From positions 11,856 through 54,293 of the forward strand of contig CAZUAK010000001.1 of NCBI GenBank assembly GCA_964618395.1: a stretch of DNA of 42,438 nt. The letters are read 5' to 3'. The stretch is from an uncultured Sangeribacter sp. GTDB taxonomy: Bacteria > Bacteroidota > Bacteroidia > Bacteroidales > Muribaculaceae. Both the position numbers and the translations under genes were made by a program. A model generated the notes under the pieces. It was not told the DNA's origin, did not search any database, and saw only the letters and a program-made list of their open reading frames with translations. Positions 32,496 through 42,295 of this stretch are shown one piece after another; the stretch's first letter is position 1; every line of letters begins with the position of its first letter.

Positions 32496-33764
32496 TCAAT
32501 TTTCTATTGACTGATGGCCTATGTCTGAACGCCAGAAGAGGCCCGGGGCATCGATGCGGCTGATGTCGGCCATGACGCTTTTGCGCGCCGCCTCGACACT
32601 GTCGCCGGTGGCGACGACCATCATCACGCGTCCGCCGTTGCTGACAAGGTTCCCCTCGCGACGGGCGGTCCCCATGTGGATGACTTCTCCGTTCACCTTG
32701 TCGGTGCCGTTTATCTGCACTCCCTTCTTATACGAGCCGGGATAACCCTCGGCCGCAAGCACCACGCCCAGACAGGTCGCAGGGTCCCATGAGGTGGAGC
32801 ACTCGGTCCCGTTGACGGCACTTTCAAACAGAGTGTAGAGGTCGCTCTTAAGGCGGGGGAGGACAACCTCTGTCTCGGGGTCTCCGAAACGGGCGTTGAA
32901 CTCTATCACCTTCGGGCCTTCGTCGGTCAGGATAAGGCCGCCGTAGAGGACACCGCAGTAGTCGATACCCTCGTCGGCGAGTGCATCGGCCGTCTTCTGC
33001 ATGATTTCAGCGAGGGCTTTCTCACGCACCTCGTCGGTGACGAAGGGCACGGGCGAATAGGCCCCCATGCCGCCGGTGTTGGGACCCTCGTCATTGTCAT
33101 ACGCGCGTTTGTGGTCCTGCGCGATGGCCAGAGGATAAACCTTTCTGCCGGAGACGACGCACATGAAGGAGAACTCCGGGCCGGCAAGGAAGTCCTCGAT
33201 GACCACCCTACCCTTTCCGAAGGCCGCCCCCTGAAGCATGTCGCGCAGAGCGGCCTCGGCCTCTTCGTAGCTTTGGGCTACGACTACACCTTTGCCTGCC
33301 GCCAGGCCATCATACTTCACCACGGCGGGGAGGGGACGGCTCTTGACATACGCGAGGGCCTCGTCGAAGTTGTCAAACGAGCGGTATGCGGCCGTCGGTA
33401 TGCCGTGGCGTTCCATTAGCTCTTTGGCAAACTCCTTGCTGCTCTCGATGCGGGCCGCACCCTTCGTTGGGCCGAAGATGGCGAGTCCCTCTTCGGCGAA
33501 ACGGTCGGCGATACCCTCGGCCAGGGCGGCTTCGGGACCGACAACGGTCAGGTCAATCTTATGCTCGCGGGCAAACTCCGCCAGACCCTCGACATCGGTC
33601 ACCGCGATGTCCACACACTCGGCCTTGTCGGCTATGCCGGCGTTTCCGGGTGCGCAGAATATCTTGGCGACACGCGGTGAGCGTGCCAAGGCGTTGACGA
33701 TGGCATGCTCACGGCCGCCGCTGCCGACGACAAGCACCCGCTTGACTTTCTTATCTTCTATCAT
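32496..33764 (-). CDS. purD: phosphoribosylamine-glycine ligase
   Basis: GSGGREHA; APGNAG; QDHKRAYDNDEGPNTGGMG; EFNARFGDPE. Confidence 0.98.
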   Translation of the reverse strand: MIEDKKVKRVLVVGSGGREHAIVNALARSPRVAKIFCAPGNAGIADKAECVDIAVTDVEGLAEFAREHKIDLTVVGPEAALAEGIADRFAEEGLAIFGPTKGAARIESSKEFAKELMERHGIPTAAYRSFDNFDEALAYVKSRPLPAVVKYDGLAAGKGVVVAQSYEEAEAALRDMLQGAAFGKGRVVIEDFLAGPEFSFMCVVSGRKVYPLAIAQDHKRAYDNDEGPNTGGMGAYSPVPFVTDEVREKALAEIMQKTADALADEGIDYCGVLYGGLILTDEGPKVIEFNARFGDPETEVVLPRLKSDLYTLFESAVNGTECSTSWDPATCLGVVLAAEGYPGSYKKGVQINGTDKVNGEVIHMGTARREGNLVSNGGRVMMVVATGDSVEAARKSVMADISRIDAPGLFWRSDIGHQSIEN

Positions 33765-33769
33765 CAGAA

Positions 33770-35329
33770 TCAGTGTTTAAAGTGACGCATACCGGTGAAG
33801 AGCATCGTGATGCCCTTCTCGTTTGCCTTCTTTATGGCATCTTCGTCGCGGATGGAGCCGCCGGGCTGTACGATGGCGGTCACTCCGTACTTGGAGGCGA
33901 GTTCAACAGTATCGTCAAAGGGGAGGAAACCGTCAGAGGCGAGAACGAGGCCTTCGGTGAAACCGGCAGCCTTGGCTTCTTCGAGTGCTATGCCGGCAGA
34001 GCCCACGCGGTTCATCTGGCCGGCTCCCACGCCGAGTGTCTGTCCGTCTTTGACGACTACGATGGCGTTGCTCTTCACGTGCTTGACGATCTTCCAGCCG
34101 AAGTCCATGTCGGCGAGCTCGCGTTCTGTCGGCTTGCGCTCGGTGACTGTCATGTCTTCCTTGATGTCAAGACAGTTGACGTCGGCATCCTGAACCAGGA
34201 GGCCGCCGGACATGCCGACATACTGACGCTGGGGAGCCTTCACGTTGTCCATCTTGACCTCCAACAGGCGGAGGTTTTTCTTCTTCGAGAAGACCTCGAG
34301 GGCCTCGGGCGTGAACTCGGGAGCCATGACAATCTCAAGGAATATGGGCTTCATCATCTCGGCCACCTCACCGGTCAGGGGACGGTTCACGGCGACGATG
34401 CCGCCATAGATGCTGACCGTGTCGGCTTCGTATGCCTTCTTCCATGCCTCCTTCAGGTCCTTTCCGACAGCGGCGCCGCAGGGATTCATGTGCTTCAGGC
34501 CGACAGCGAAGGGTTCTGAGAACTCGCGGACAATCTGAAGGGCGGCGTTTGCGTCCTGGATGTTGTTGTAGCTGAGTTCCTTGCCGCCGAGCTGCTTGGC
34601 GTATGCCACCGAGTATGAAACCTCCGGGGCCGAGCGGTAGAATTTGGCGTTCTGGTGCGGATTCTCGCCATAACGGAGTGACTGTACGAGGTCGAAGTCA
34701 AGGAAGAGCTTCTCGTCGAGCCCGGCCTCGCGGCGCATGTATCCTGCTATCCTGCTGTCATAGAGCGCGGTGTGGGTGAAGGCCTTGGCTGAGAGTTTGA
34801 AGCGTGTCTCAGGCAGGGTGTTGCCCGTCTCGCTGATTTCGCGCAGGATGTTGTCGTAGTCGTCCGGGTCACAGACAACAGTCACGGAGGCGAAGTTCTT
34901 GGCGGCCGAGCGGAGCATGGAGGGTCCACCTATGTCGATGTTCTCTACGGCGTCTTCGAGCGTCGTTCCCTCTTTGGCGATGGTGGCCTCGAAGGGATAG
35001 AGGTTGACACACACCATGTCAATGGGTTCGATGCCGTTCTCGGCGATGGTGGCCATGTGGTCCGCTTTGTCGCGGCGTGCAAGAAGTCCGCCGTGTACCT
35101 TGGGGTGAAGGGTCTTTACGCGGCCTTCGCAAATTTCGGGGAATCCTGTGACGTCGCTGATATTGATGACCTCAACACCTGCCTCGCGCAGTTTGGTCAT
35201 GGTGCCTCCGGTGGCGATGATGTCCCACCCGAGTTTCTTGAGGGCCTTGGCGAAGTCCACCACGCCCCTCTTATCGCTTACACTGATTAATGCTCTCATT
35301 TTTCTGTCTATATGGTCGTTATCTATCAC
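33770..35329 (-). CDS. purH: AICAR transformylase / IMP cyclohydrolase
   Basis: RALISVSDK; GRVKTLHP; IDIGGPSM; RYGENPHQ; MRHFKH. Start may be GTG 35329 or ATG 35299. Confidence 0.98.
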   Translation of the reverse strand: MIDNDHIDRKMRALISVSDKRGVVDFAKALKKLGWDIIATGGTMTKLREAGVEVINISDVTGFPEICEGRVKTLHPKVHGGLLARRDKADHMATIAENGIEPIDMVCVNLYPFEATIAKEGTTLEDAVENIDIGGPSMLRSAAKNFASVTVVCDPDDYDNILREISETGNTLPETRFKLSAKAFTHTALYDSRIAGYMRREAGLDEKLFLDFDLVQSLRYGENPHQNAKFYRSAPEVSYSVAYAKQLGGKELSYNNIQDANAALQIVREFSEPFAVGLKHMNPCGAAVGKDLKEAWKKAYEADTVSIYGGIVAVNRPLTGEVAEMMKPIFLEIVMAPEFTPEALEVFSKKKNLRLLEVKMDNVKAPQRQYVGMSGGLLVQDADVNCLDIKEDMTVTERKPTERELADMDFGWKIVKHVKSNAIVVVKDGQTLGVGAGQMNRVGSAGIALEEAKAAGFTEGLVLASDGFLPFDDTVELASKYGVTAIVQPGGSIRDEDAIKKANEKGITMLFTGMRHFKH

Positions 35330-36375
35330 TTCATCATGTCCTCTTCGAGAAGCATGATGTCTACTCCCTGACCGTCGGTGACACGGCCTATAACGCGCGG
35401 TTCCTCACCGGCTGCCTTGAGCGTCTCGAGAGCCTTCTCGGCATCCTCTTCGGCAACGGCAATGACCATGCCGATACCCATGTTGAAGATGTTGAACATC
35501 TCGCGGTGAGGGATGGCTCCGCGTTTTTCGATAAATCCGAAGACGTCGGGGATTTCCCATGTGCCTTCAGTGATTCTGACACCCTGTCCTTCCTTCAGGA
35601 TACGGGGGATGTTCTCATCGAAGCCGCCGCCGGTGATGTGGGCGATTCCGTGAACGTCTACCTCGTCGATGAGTTTCAGCACCGGCTTGACATAGATGCG
35701 GGTCGGTGTCAGCAGTGCCTCTCCCAGTGTGCGGCCGGGGAGTTCCTCGACTGTCTGGGAGTAGTCCAGACCGTTGTCGCTCACCACCTTGCGGACAAGG
35801 CTGAAGCCGTTTGAGTGTACGCCGCTCGAGGGGAGGCCGATGAGGACGTCGCCGATGGAGACCTTGCTGCCGTCGATGAGTCTGTCCTTGTCTACACAGC
35901 CCACGGTGAAGCCGGCGATGTCATAGTCGTCTTCGGCATACATGCCGGGCATCTCGGCCGTTTCGCCGCCGACCAGCGCGCAGCCTGCCTGACGGCAACC
36001 TTCGGCCACACCGGAAACGATGGCCTCGACGACGGCGGGATGGTTCTTGCCCACGGCCACATAGTCGAGGAAGATGAGCGGACGCGCCCCCTGGGCGAGC
36101 ACATCATTGACACACATGGCGACGGCGTCGATGCCGATGGTGTCGTGACGGTTCGTCGCGAAAGCCAGTTTCAGCTTGGTGCCGACACCGTCGGTGCCGC
36201 TGACAAGTATGGGATGCTTGTATCCGAGCGACCCGAGGTCGAACATACCGCCGAACGAGCCTATGTTGCCCATCACGCCGGGGATGTTTGTCGACGCCAC
36301 ATGCTTCTTGATGCGGCTGACGACTTCATAACCGGCTTCGAGGTTTACGCCCGAAGCCTCATAACTTTTTGCCAT
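35326..36375 (-). CDS. purM: phosphoribosylformylglycinamidine cyclo-ligase (AIR synthase)
   Basis: GTDGVGTK; AMCVND; GGETAEMPG; [11 protein letters not shown]; HITGGG. Confidence 0.98.
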   Translation of the reverse strand: MAKSYEASGVNLEAGYEVVSRIKKHVASTNIPGVMGNIGSFGGMFDLGSLGYKHPILVSGTDGVGTKLKLAFATNRHDTIGIDAVAMCVNDVLAQGARPLIFLDYVAVGKNHPAVVEAIVSGVAEGCRQAGCALVGGETAEMPGMYAEDDYDIAGFTVGCVDKDRLIDGSKVSIGDVLIGLPSSGVHSNGFSLVRKVVSDNGLDYSQTVEELPGRTLGEALLTPTRIYVKPVLKLIDEVDVHGIAHITGGGFDENIPRILKEGQGVRITEGTWEIPDVFGFIEKRGAIPHREMFNIFNMGIGMVIAVAEEDAEKALETLKAAGEEPRVIGRVTDGQGVDIMLLEEDMMK

Positions 36376-36387
36376 ATATTTAGTTGC

Positions 36388-39300
36388 TTACTTATTCCTA
36401 AAATAGTTGACCGCATTGCGGAAGAGGTTCTGACTCTTCTCGCCGGGGATGTTTTTCATCAGTCCGTAGGCGTAGCGCTCGGAGTGGGCCATCTTGCCTA
36501 AGATAAGTCCGTCGGGCGAGATGATGCCCTCGATGGCCTCGGTCGAGCCGTTGGGGTTGGCCGGAGAGTCCATCGTCGCGTTCCCCTCTGAGTCGACATA
36601 CTGGAAGGCTATCTGGCCGTTGCGGCGGAGTTCAGCCACAAGCTCGCTGTTGGCCGTGAACTTGCCTTCGCCGTGAGAGGCGGCGACGGTGTGCAGGTCA
36701 CCGATTTCGAAGCCTTCGAGCCAGGGGGACTTGACCGAGCCGACGCGGGTCGTCACCATCGTCGATATGTGACGGTGGATGTCGTTATGGAAGAGCGTGG
36801 GGCTGTCTGGGGTCAGCTCGCCGATTTTTCCGAACGGAAGGAGTCCTGACTTCACGAGGGCCTGGAATCCGTTGCAGATGCCGATGATGAGGCCCTTGCG
36901 GTCAAGGAGGCGTTCGATGGCTGCCTTCACCTTTTCGTTCTGAAGGACCGAGGCGATGAATTTTCCGCTGCCGTCGGGTTCGTCGCCGGCAGAGAAGCCT
37001 CCGGAGAGTGCGAGGATGTTACACTTGTCTATCTCCTCGGCCATGCGCTCGGTCGAGCGGTCGATGTCTTCGGGCGTAAGGTTGCAGAAGACCGTAGTCA
37101 CCGTCTTGGCGCCCTCGCGCTCAAAGGCCTTGGCCATATCGTAGTCACAGTTGGTTCCGGGGAACGTGGGGAGATACACCACAGGATGCTCGACCGGTTC
37201 ACCCGGACGCACGGAGATATTCTTTCCGGAGGTCGCGTTCTCGACCTTTCCGCGCACTTCGGTGCGGTCCGGGTAGACTTCGTGGAACTTGGAGCGGTTT
37301 GCCTGATAGAGGTCTTCTATGTTCATGGCCGTTCCGTTGACTGTGAGCTTGTCTTCAGCCACTGTTTCTCCGATTTCGATGAAGGCCGGGTCTGAAATGG
37401 GCTGCTTGGCTTCGACGAGGATTGTGCCGTAGTCGAGGTCGAAGAGCGTTGACTCGTCCACCTTCACTTCGGCTCCGATGCGGTTTCCGAATGTGGATTT
37501 CGCCAGGGCCTCGGCGAGACCGCCGAATCCGAGTGCGTAGGCGGCGGCTATGTTGCCGGCCTCGGCTTGCTCGTTCATCTTGGTGAAGTTGGCCTTCAGC
37601 AGCTCGGTGTCGGGAGTGTGGTTCTTGAGCGGCGTGTGCTTGAGCAGATAGAGCTTGTGGCCCGCTTCCTTGAATTCGGGGCTTATCACCTTGTTGGCGT
37701 CCGCGGTGGTGATACCGAAGGCGATGAGCGTCGGGGGGACGGAGATATTTCCGAAGGTTCCGCTCATGGAGTCTTTACCGCCGATGGAGGCCAGGCCGAG
37801 TTCGCGCTGCATCCTGAGCGTACCCAACAGGGCGGCCAAGGGCTTGCCCCATGCGCGGGTCGAGTTCATCTTCTCGAAATATTCCTGATAGGAGAAGCGC
37901 ATCCCGGACCAGTCGGCTCCGCCGGCAGCCACCTTGGCCACTGAGTCGACCACGGCGTATTGAGAACCGTGGAAGCGGCTCCAGGAGCTGAGCTCGGGGT
38001 TAAAGCCGAAGCTCATGATGGAGGCGGTGTCGGTATGGTGGTTGCCCACGGGGAGTTTCTGGACAGAGACCTGAGACTCGGTCTGCTGGGTCTTGCCGCC
38101 GAAGGGCATGAGGACGGTCGACGCACCTATCGTGGAGTCGAACATCTCGATGAGGCCTTTCTGAGAGGTGACGTTGGGCTGCGAGAGCAGCGACTTGAAT
38201 TTCTTCTCTAAAGTCTCCCCTTCCGGCTCGCGCTTGAAGGGATTGCGGTCGCCGACGGTTTCGATGACAGCCTCGGCATAGTGGGGCGCACCGGCCGAGT
38301 CGATAAACTCGCGCTTGAGGTCTGCGACGACTTCGCCGTCATAATACATCACCATGCGACCCGTATCGGTGACGTCGGCGACATGGCGGACCTCAAGGTT
38401 CTCCTCGGCGCAATATTTCATGAACTCCTCCATATCCTTGCGCTCGACGACTACGCTCATTCTCTCCTGGCTTTCTGAGATGGCGAGTTCCGTGGGGTTG
38501 AGGCCGTCATATTTGGTGGTGACGAGGTCGAGATAGATGTTGAGGCCGTCGGTGAGCTCGCCGATGGCGACACTGACGCCTCCGGCGCCGAAGTCGTTCG
38601 ATTTCTTGATGAGCCGTGTGACCTCCGGCCGACGGAAGAGGCGTTCTATTTTGCGCTCCTCGGGAGCGTTACCTTTCTGAACCTCGGAGCCGCACTCCTC
38701 GAGCGACGCCTCGGTGTGTTCTTTTGACGAGCCGGTGGCGCCGCCGATGCCGTCACGGCCGGTGCGGCCGCCGAACATCAGTATCACGTCTCCCGGCTCC
38801 GGGCGTTCGCGACGTACGTCGGCAGCCTTGACGGCACCGACAACGGCGCCGACTTCGAGTCGCTTGGCGACATAGCCGGGATGGTATATCTCGCGTACAT
38901 GGGTGGTTGCGAGGCCTATCTGGTTTCCGTATGATGAGTATCCGGCCGCGGCCTTGAGCGAGATGACACGCTGGGGGAGCTTTCCGGCCATGGTCTCTGA
39001 AACGGGCTGCCAGATATCGGCTGCTCCGGTCACTCGCATGGCCTGATATACGTATGCGCGACCGCTCAGCGGGTCTCGTATTGCGCCGCCAAGACATGTG
39101 GAGGCACCTCCGAAGGGTTCGATTTCGGTCGGGTGGTTGTGGGTCTCGTTCTTGAACTGGAGCAGCCAACGCTCCTTCTCACCGTCGACATCGACGTCGA
39201 CATAGATGGAGCATGCGTTGTTCTCCTCGCTCTGTTCGAGGTCATCGAGTTTTCCCTGTGCCTTGAGCATACGCGCGCCGATGGTGGCGAGGTCCATCAG

Positions 39301-40095
39301 ACACAGGTCTTTGTTCTCTCGGCCGAGTTCGCGACGGACTTTGTGCCAGTCTTCGAGTTCGGCACGGATGGCCTCGGCCACGGGTGAGTCTTCGATCTCG
39401 ATGTTGGTCAGGCGCGAGGTGAAGGTGGTGTGACGGCAGTGGTCGCTCCAGTATGTGTCAAGTATGCGGAGTTCGGTCTCGTTGGGGTCGCGGCCTTCGG
39501 CTGTGAAGTATTTGACCACCTCCATCAGGTCGTCGGCGTTCATGGCCAGTCCGGCCTCTTTCACCCGGGCGGGAGCCTCTTGGGCCGTGATGTCGCGGAA
39601 GCCTTCGAGGACCTTGACCGGTTTTGTCACGGCCCGCTCGGGGGCGGTGAGCACGGTCATGTCTTTTGCACGCGACTCGACGGCGTTGATGAGGTAGCCC
39701 GAGATTTTCTCAAGCTCCTCTTTGCCGACGGTGTCGTCGAAGATATACAGTTTCGCCGAGCGGATTTCGATGTCGGCCGCCGGGTCAATCAGCTTCACGC
39801 AGTCTTTGGCCGAGGCCGCCCTCTGGTCAAACTGGCCAGGGAGACACTCAACGGCGATATAGGGGTCGCCGGAGAGGTCGAACGTTTCGGAGACGGTGTC
39901 GGTCGCCGTCTCGCCGAAGACTTTGTATTTTGCCTTCTCCACCAGGTCATGGTTGAATCCGAACAGGTCGTAGACACAGACTACGCGGAGTTCTTTTATG
40001 TTGAGTCCGAGATTGGAGTTGAGTTCGTTGCGAAGGCTTTCAGCCTCTATACGATAAGGAACGCGCTTCTCGACGAACAAGCGATAATTGCTCAT
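36388..40095 (-). CDS. purL: phosphoribosylformylglycinamidine synthase (large single-chain form)
   Basis: WSDHCRH; ETHNHPT; DFGAGG; SESQERM; glutaminase domain FPGTNC, GICNGFQ, MAHSER. Confidence 0.97.
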   Translation of the reverse strand: MSNYRLFVEKRVPYRIEAESLRNELNSNLGLNIKELRVVCVYDLFGFNHDLVEKAKYKVFGETATDTVSETFDLSGDPYIAVECLPGQFDQRAASAKDCVKLIDPAADIEIRSAKLYIFDDTVGKEELEKISGYLINAVESRAKDMTVLTAPERAVTKPVKVLEGFRDITAQEAPARVKEAGLAMNADDLMEVVKYFTAEGRDPNETELRILDTYWSDHCRHTTFTSRLTNIEIEDSPVAEAIRAELEDWHKVRRELGRENKDLCLMDLATIGARMLKAQGKLDDLEQSEENNACSIYVDVDVDGEKERWLLQFKNETHNHPTEIEPFGGASTCLGGAIRDPLSGRAYVYQAMRVTGAADIWQPVSETMAGKLPQRVISLKAAAGYSSYGNQIGLATTHVREIYHPGYVAKRLEVGAVVGAVKAADVRRERPEPGDVILMFGGRTGRDGIGGATGSSKEHTEASLEECGSEVQKGNAPEERKIERLFRRPEVTRLIKKSNDFGAGGVSVAIGELTDGLNIYLDLVTTKYDGLNPTELAISESQERMSVVVERKDMEEFMKYCAEENLEVRHVADVTDTGRMVMYYDGEVVADLKREFIDSAGAPHYAEAVIETVGDRNPFKREPEGETLEKKFKSLLSQPNVTSQKGLIEMFDSTIGASTVLMPFGGKTQQTESQVSVQKLPVGNHHTDTASIMSFGFNPELSSWSRFHGSQYAVVDSVAKVAAGGADWSGMRFSYQEYFEKMNSTRAWGKPLAALLGTLRMQRELGLASIGGKDSMSGTFGNISVPPTLIAFGITTADANKVISPEFKEAGHKLYLLKHTPLKNHTPDTELLKANFTKMNEQAEAGNIAAAYALGFGGLAEALAKSTFGNRIGAEVKVDESTLFDLDYGTILVEAKQPISDPAFIEIGETVAEDKLTVNGTAMNIEDLYQANRSKFHEVYPDRTEVRGKVENATSGKNISVRPGEPVEHPVVYLPTFPGTNCDYDMAKAFEREGAKTVTTVFCNLTPEDIDRSTERMAEEIDKCNILALSGGFSAGDEPDGSGKFIASVLQNEKVKAAIERLLDRKGLIIGICNGFQALVKSGLLPFGKIGELTPDSPTLFHNDIHRHISTMVTTRVGSVKSPWLEGFEIGDLHTVAASHGEGKFTANSELVAELRRNGQIAFQYVDSEGNATMDSPANPNGSTEAIEGIISPDGLILGKMAHSERYAYGLMKNIPGEKSQNLFRNAVNYFRNK

Positions 40096-40119
40096 TGGAT
40101 ATCTATTGGGTGAGTGGGG

Positions 40120-40599
40120 TTAAAGAAGGGGGCTGTCGTTAGCAGCCAGGACATTGTCGGCCTGCTCTTTACGGAAGGCGTCGAGCTCGTCTTTGAGGCG
40201 TTGGTCGGTGATGGCCATCATTTCTATGGCGAGCAGGGCGGCGTTTTTGGCACCGTCGATGCCGACAGTGGCCACGGGTATGCCAGAGGGCATCTGCACC
40301 ATCGAGAGCAGCGAGTCGAGGCCTTCGAGAGAACGTGATTTTATGGGGACGGCGATGACCGGCAGTGTGGTGAAGGCGGCTACAACACCGCCGAGGTGGG
40401 CAGCCCCGCCGGCACCGGCGATGATGGCTGCGAAGCCGTTCTCACGTGCGCCGCTCGCCCACTCCTCGACCTGATGAGGGGTGCGGTGCGCGCTCAGCAC
40501 CTTCATATCATATTCGACACCGAAGCGGTCGCAGATCTCCGCTGCACCTTTCATGACGCCAAGATCGCTCTTGGAGCCCATTACGATTCCGATTTTCAT
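40120..40599 (-). CDS. purE: N5-CAIR mutase / AIR carboxylase PurE
   Basis: MGSKSD; SAHRTP; AGGAAHL; [14 protein letters not shown]. Confidence 0.97.
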   Translation of the reverse strand: MKIGIVMGSKSDLGVMKGAAEICDRFGVEYDMKVLSAHRTPHQVEEWASGARENGFAAIIAGAGGAAHLGGVVAAFTTLPVIAVPIKSRSLEGLDSLLSMVQMPSGIPVATVGIDGAKNAALLAIEMMAITDQRLKDELDAFRKEQADNVLAANDSPLL

Positions 40600-40614
40600 A
40601 TTTCAGTAAACGAG

Positions 40615-40646
40615 AAGCCGTCAGACCCGTGAGGGCATGACGGCCT
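40615..40646 (-). terminator. terminator-like hairpin in the purE leader (candidate attenuator)
   Basis: Minus strand ag-gccgtca-tg-ccc-tcac-ggg-tc-tgacggc-tt followed by ctcgtttact, ending about 15 nt before the purE ATG; U-tract is imperfect. Confidence 0.6.
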
Positions 40647-40652
40647 TATTCC

Positions 40653-40799
40653 TTATTTCTTTCTGTTACACTTCTTTTTGCACACACCCGCACAATGCTC
40701 CGTCACCGTCTGCACGCTCATCCTCTTCCCTAAAATCTGGCCGGCGTTCTGACGTCGGCGGGAAAACTTCTGAGGCGTATGTGTAGTGATGTGGGTCAT
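40653..40799 (-). CDS. candidate 48-aa leader peptide (uORF) of the purine operon
   Basis: MTHITTHTPQKFSRRRQNAGQILGKRMSVQTVTEHCAGVCKKKCNRKK*; lies between the promoter and the leader hairpin; below the ORF-track size cut-off. Confidence 0.45.
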   Translation of the reverse strand: MTHITTHTPQKFSRRRQNAGQILGKRMSVQTVTEHCAGVCKKKCNRKK

Positions 40800-40829
40800 T
40801 ACGGAGCTACCTGCTTGCGTTTGAAAGTG

Positions 40830-40837
40830 CAAAGTTA
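40830..40837 (-). promoter_or_regulatory. -7 promoter element (TAACTTTG) of the purine operon
   Basis: TAnnTTTG match followed by CA, about 230 nt upstream of purE. Confidence 0.7.
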
Positions 40838-40980
40838 CGAAGATTTTCTATGTTATGCAACACCCCGCGCCTCTTCGCCAATTTATTCTCCCATGTTTTC
40901 GCTTCGCGGACGCGCTTTTACGAACCAAAACAAGCCCCCTGACGTTATTTTAGAAAACATTGAAACAAAAAAACAATACT

Positions 40981-41277
40981 ATGAAAACATTTCAGGACAG
41001 AATAAACGAGGGCATTCCCTCTCTGGTAGTCTTCTTACACGCAGGTCTTCAGGACGCTGCCGAGGTTAAACGTCTGGCCGAGGGGCTGAGGGCAAAATAC
41101 GGCGACCGCATAAACCTGATGCGCGTGGACGCATCTTACGATCACCGTCTGAAGAAACAGTACGACATCCTCAAGTATCCGACCTGGATTCTCTTCAAGC
41201 GCGGTGAGGAACTCATGCGCGAGACCGGCCACAAGACCGTCACCGAGCTCTCAGACATGGTCGAGCGCGCCCTCTGA
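40981..41277 (+). CDS. thioredoxin-fold protein lacking CXXC
   Basis: 98 aa; LVVF, RVD, YDILKYPTWILFKRGE..R..G pattern of the Trx fold; no cysteine. Start set at ATG 40981. Confidence 0.7.
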   Translation: MKTFQDRINEGIPSLVVFLHAGLQDAAEVKRLAEGLRAKYGDRINLMRVDASYDHRLKKQYDILKYPTWILFKRGEELMRETGHKTVTELSDMVERAL

Positions 41278-41324
41278 CCACACGCTTAGACCCCGTTTCA
41301 AAAAATGGCGGTCTTAATATACAA

Positions 41325-41486
41325 GCTGCGGGTTGCAAACCCGCAGCGACGACGTGAGGAGACGGTCCCGTCCGTTTCCGTCCGTGCGGGTCTGCAACCC
41401 GCACGTTTTATTTTTAAAATTAGTCCTTTTTCCGTCCGTGCGGGTTTGCAACCCGCACGTTTTATGTATTTTAATATTAGTCCTTT
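41325..41486. repeat. cluster of three CGTC-type REP-like palindromes, two within a ~54-57-bp tandem duplication
   Basis: gctgcgggttgcaaacccgcagc (41325-41347), cgtgcgggtctgcaacccgcacg (41383-41405), cgtgcgggtttgcaacccgcacg (41437-41459). Confidence 0.8.
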
Positions 41487-42295
41487 TCGGCGAGATAGCG
41501 GAGCATTTCGTTTTCTCCGGCGTCCGCCTGCGTTTTTAAAAACTTCTGGCGCACCAGCCCTATGACCTTACACAGGTAGCGCACACCTTCTAAGGCTACG
41601 TTAGAGTTGACCTTGTTCTTCTTGTATGCAAGCAGGTGGTCCTTGAAGATGCGCTTGTGGCTGCTCAGTCCCGAGGTGGACAGTCCTCCGGTTCGCATAG
41701 TCACACAGTCTTTGGGTATATAGCGGGTCTTTATCCGGTTGACATATATCAGCCGAAGTATCATTTCAAAGTCCGCCGCTATCCTCAGGTCGGTGTCATA
41801 GTGCCCGAACCGGTCGTAGGTCGACTTCTTGCAATAAAACGTGGGATGGGCCGGCATGAAGCCCATTATCATCTTCCATCTGCGGAAGTTCTTAGACGAG
41901 TAGTAGCGAACTGACTTCGAGAGGTCACTGTCGTCGACATAGTGCACGTCGGCATAAACCGCGTCTACATCCGAGACCTCTTTAGCTATAGTGGACAAAA
42001 CGCTGCGCGAGTTGAAGAAGTCATCGCTGTTGAGGAAACCCACAACCTCTCCCGTGGCCATCTTCAGACCTTTGTTTATGGCATAATAGAAGCCGTCGTC
42101 TTTCTCGCTGACAAACTTTAAACGGTCGCCATAACGCTCCCTGTAGCTATCGACCAGTTCGCGGGTACCGTCGGTAGAACCGCCGTCGACTATGATGTGT
42201 TCATAGTCGTCATAGTCCTGTTCGAGCACGCTCCGGATCGTCTGACCCAGAGTGGCGGCATTGTTCCATGTGGCGGTTATGACACTGATCTTCAT
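41477..42295 (-). CDS. family 2 glycosyltransferase
   Basis: KISVITATWN; IIVDGGSTDGT; FLNSDD; HPTFY; AADFE. Confidence 0.93.
   Translation of the reverse strand: MKISVITATWNNAATLGQTIRSVLEQDYDDYEHIIVDGGSTDGTRELVDSYRERYGDRLKFVSEKDDGFYYAINKGLKMATGEVVGFLNSDDFFNSRSVLSTIAKEVSDVDAVYADVHYVDDSDLSKSVRYYSSKNFRRWKMIMGFMPAHPTFYCKKSTYDRFGHYDTDLRIAADFEMILRLIYVNRIKTRYIPKDCVTMRTGGLSTSGLSSHKRIFKDHLLAYKKNKVNSNVALEGVRYLCKVIGLVRQKFLKTQADAGENEMLRYLAEKD

Noticed and set aside
40600-40830. Canonical guanine, ZTP or PRPP riboswitch call for the purE leader
   Set aside because: Diagnostic conserved sequence blocks were not recognisable by eye; reported as an unclassified candidate instead.
41305-41565. 86-aa and 68-aa ORFs over the REP-like cluster
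   Set aside because: Repeat-derived translations overlapping the end of the glycosyltransferase gene.
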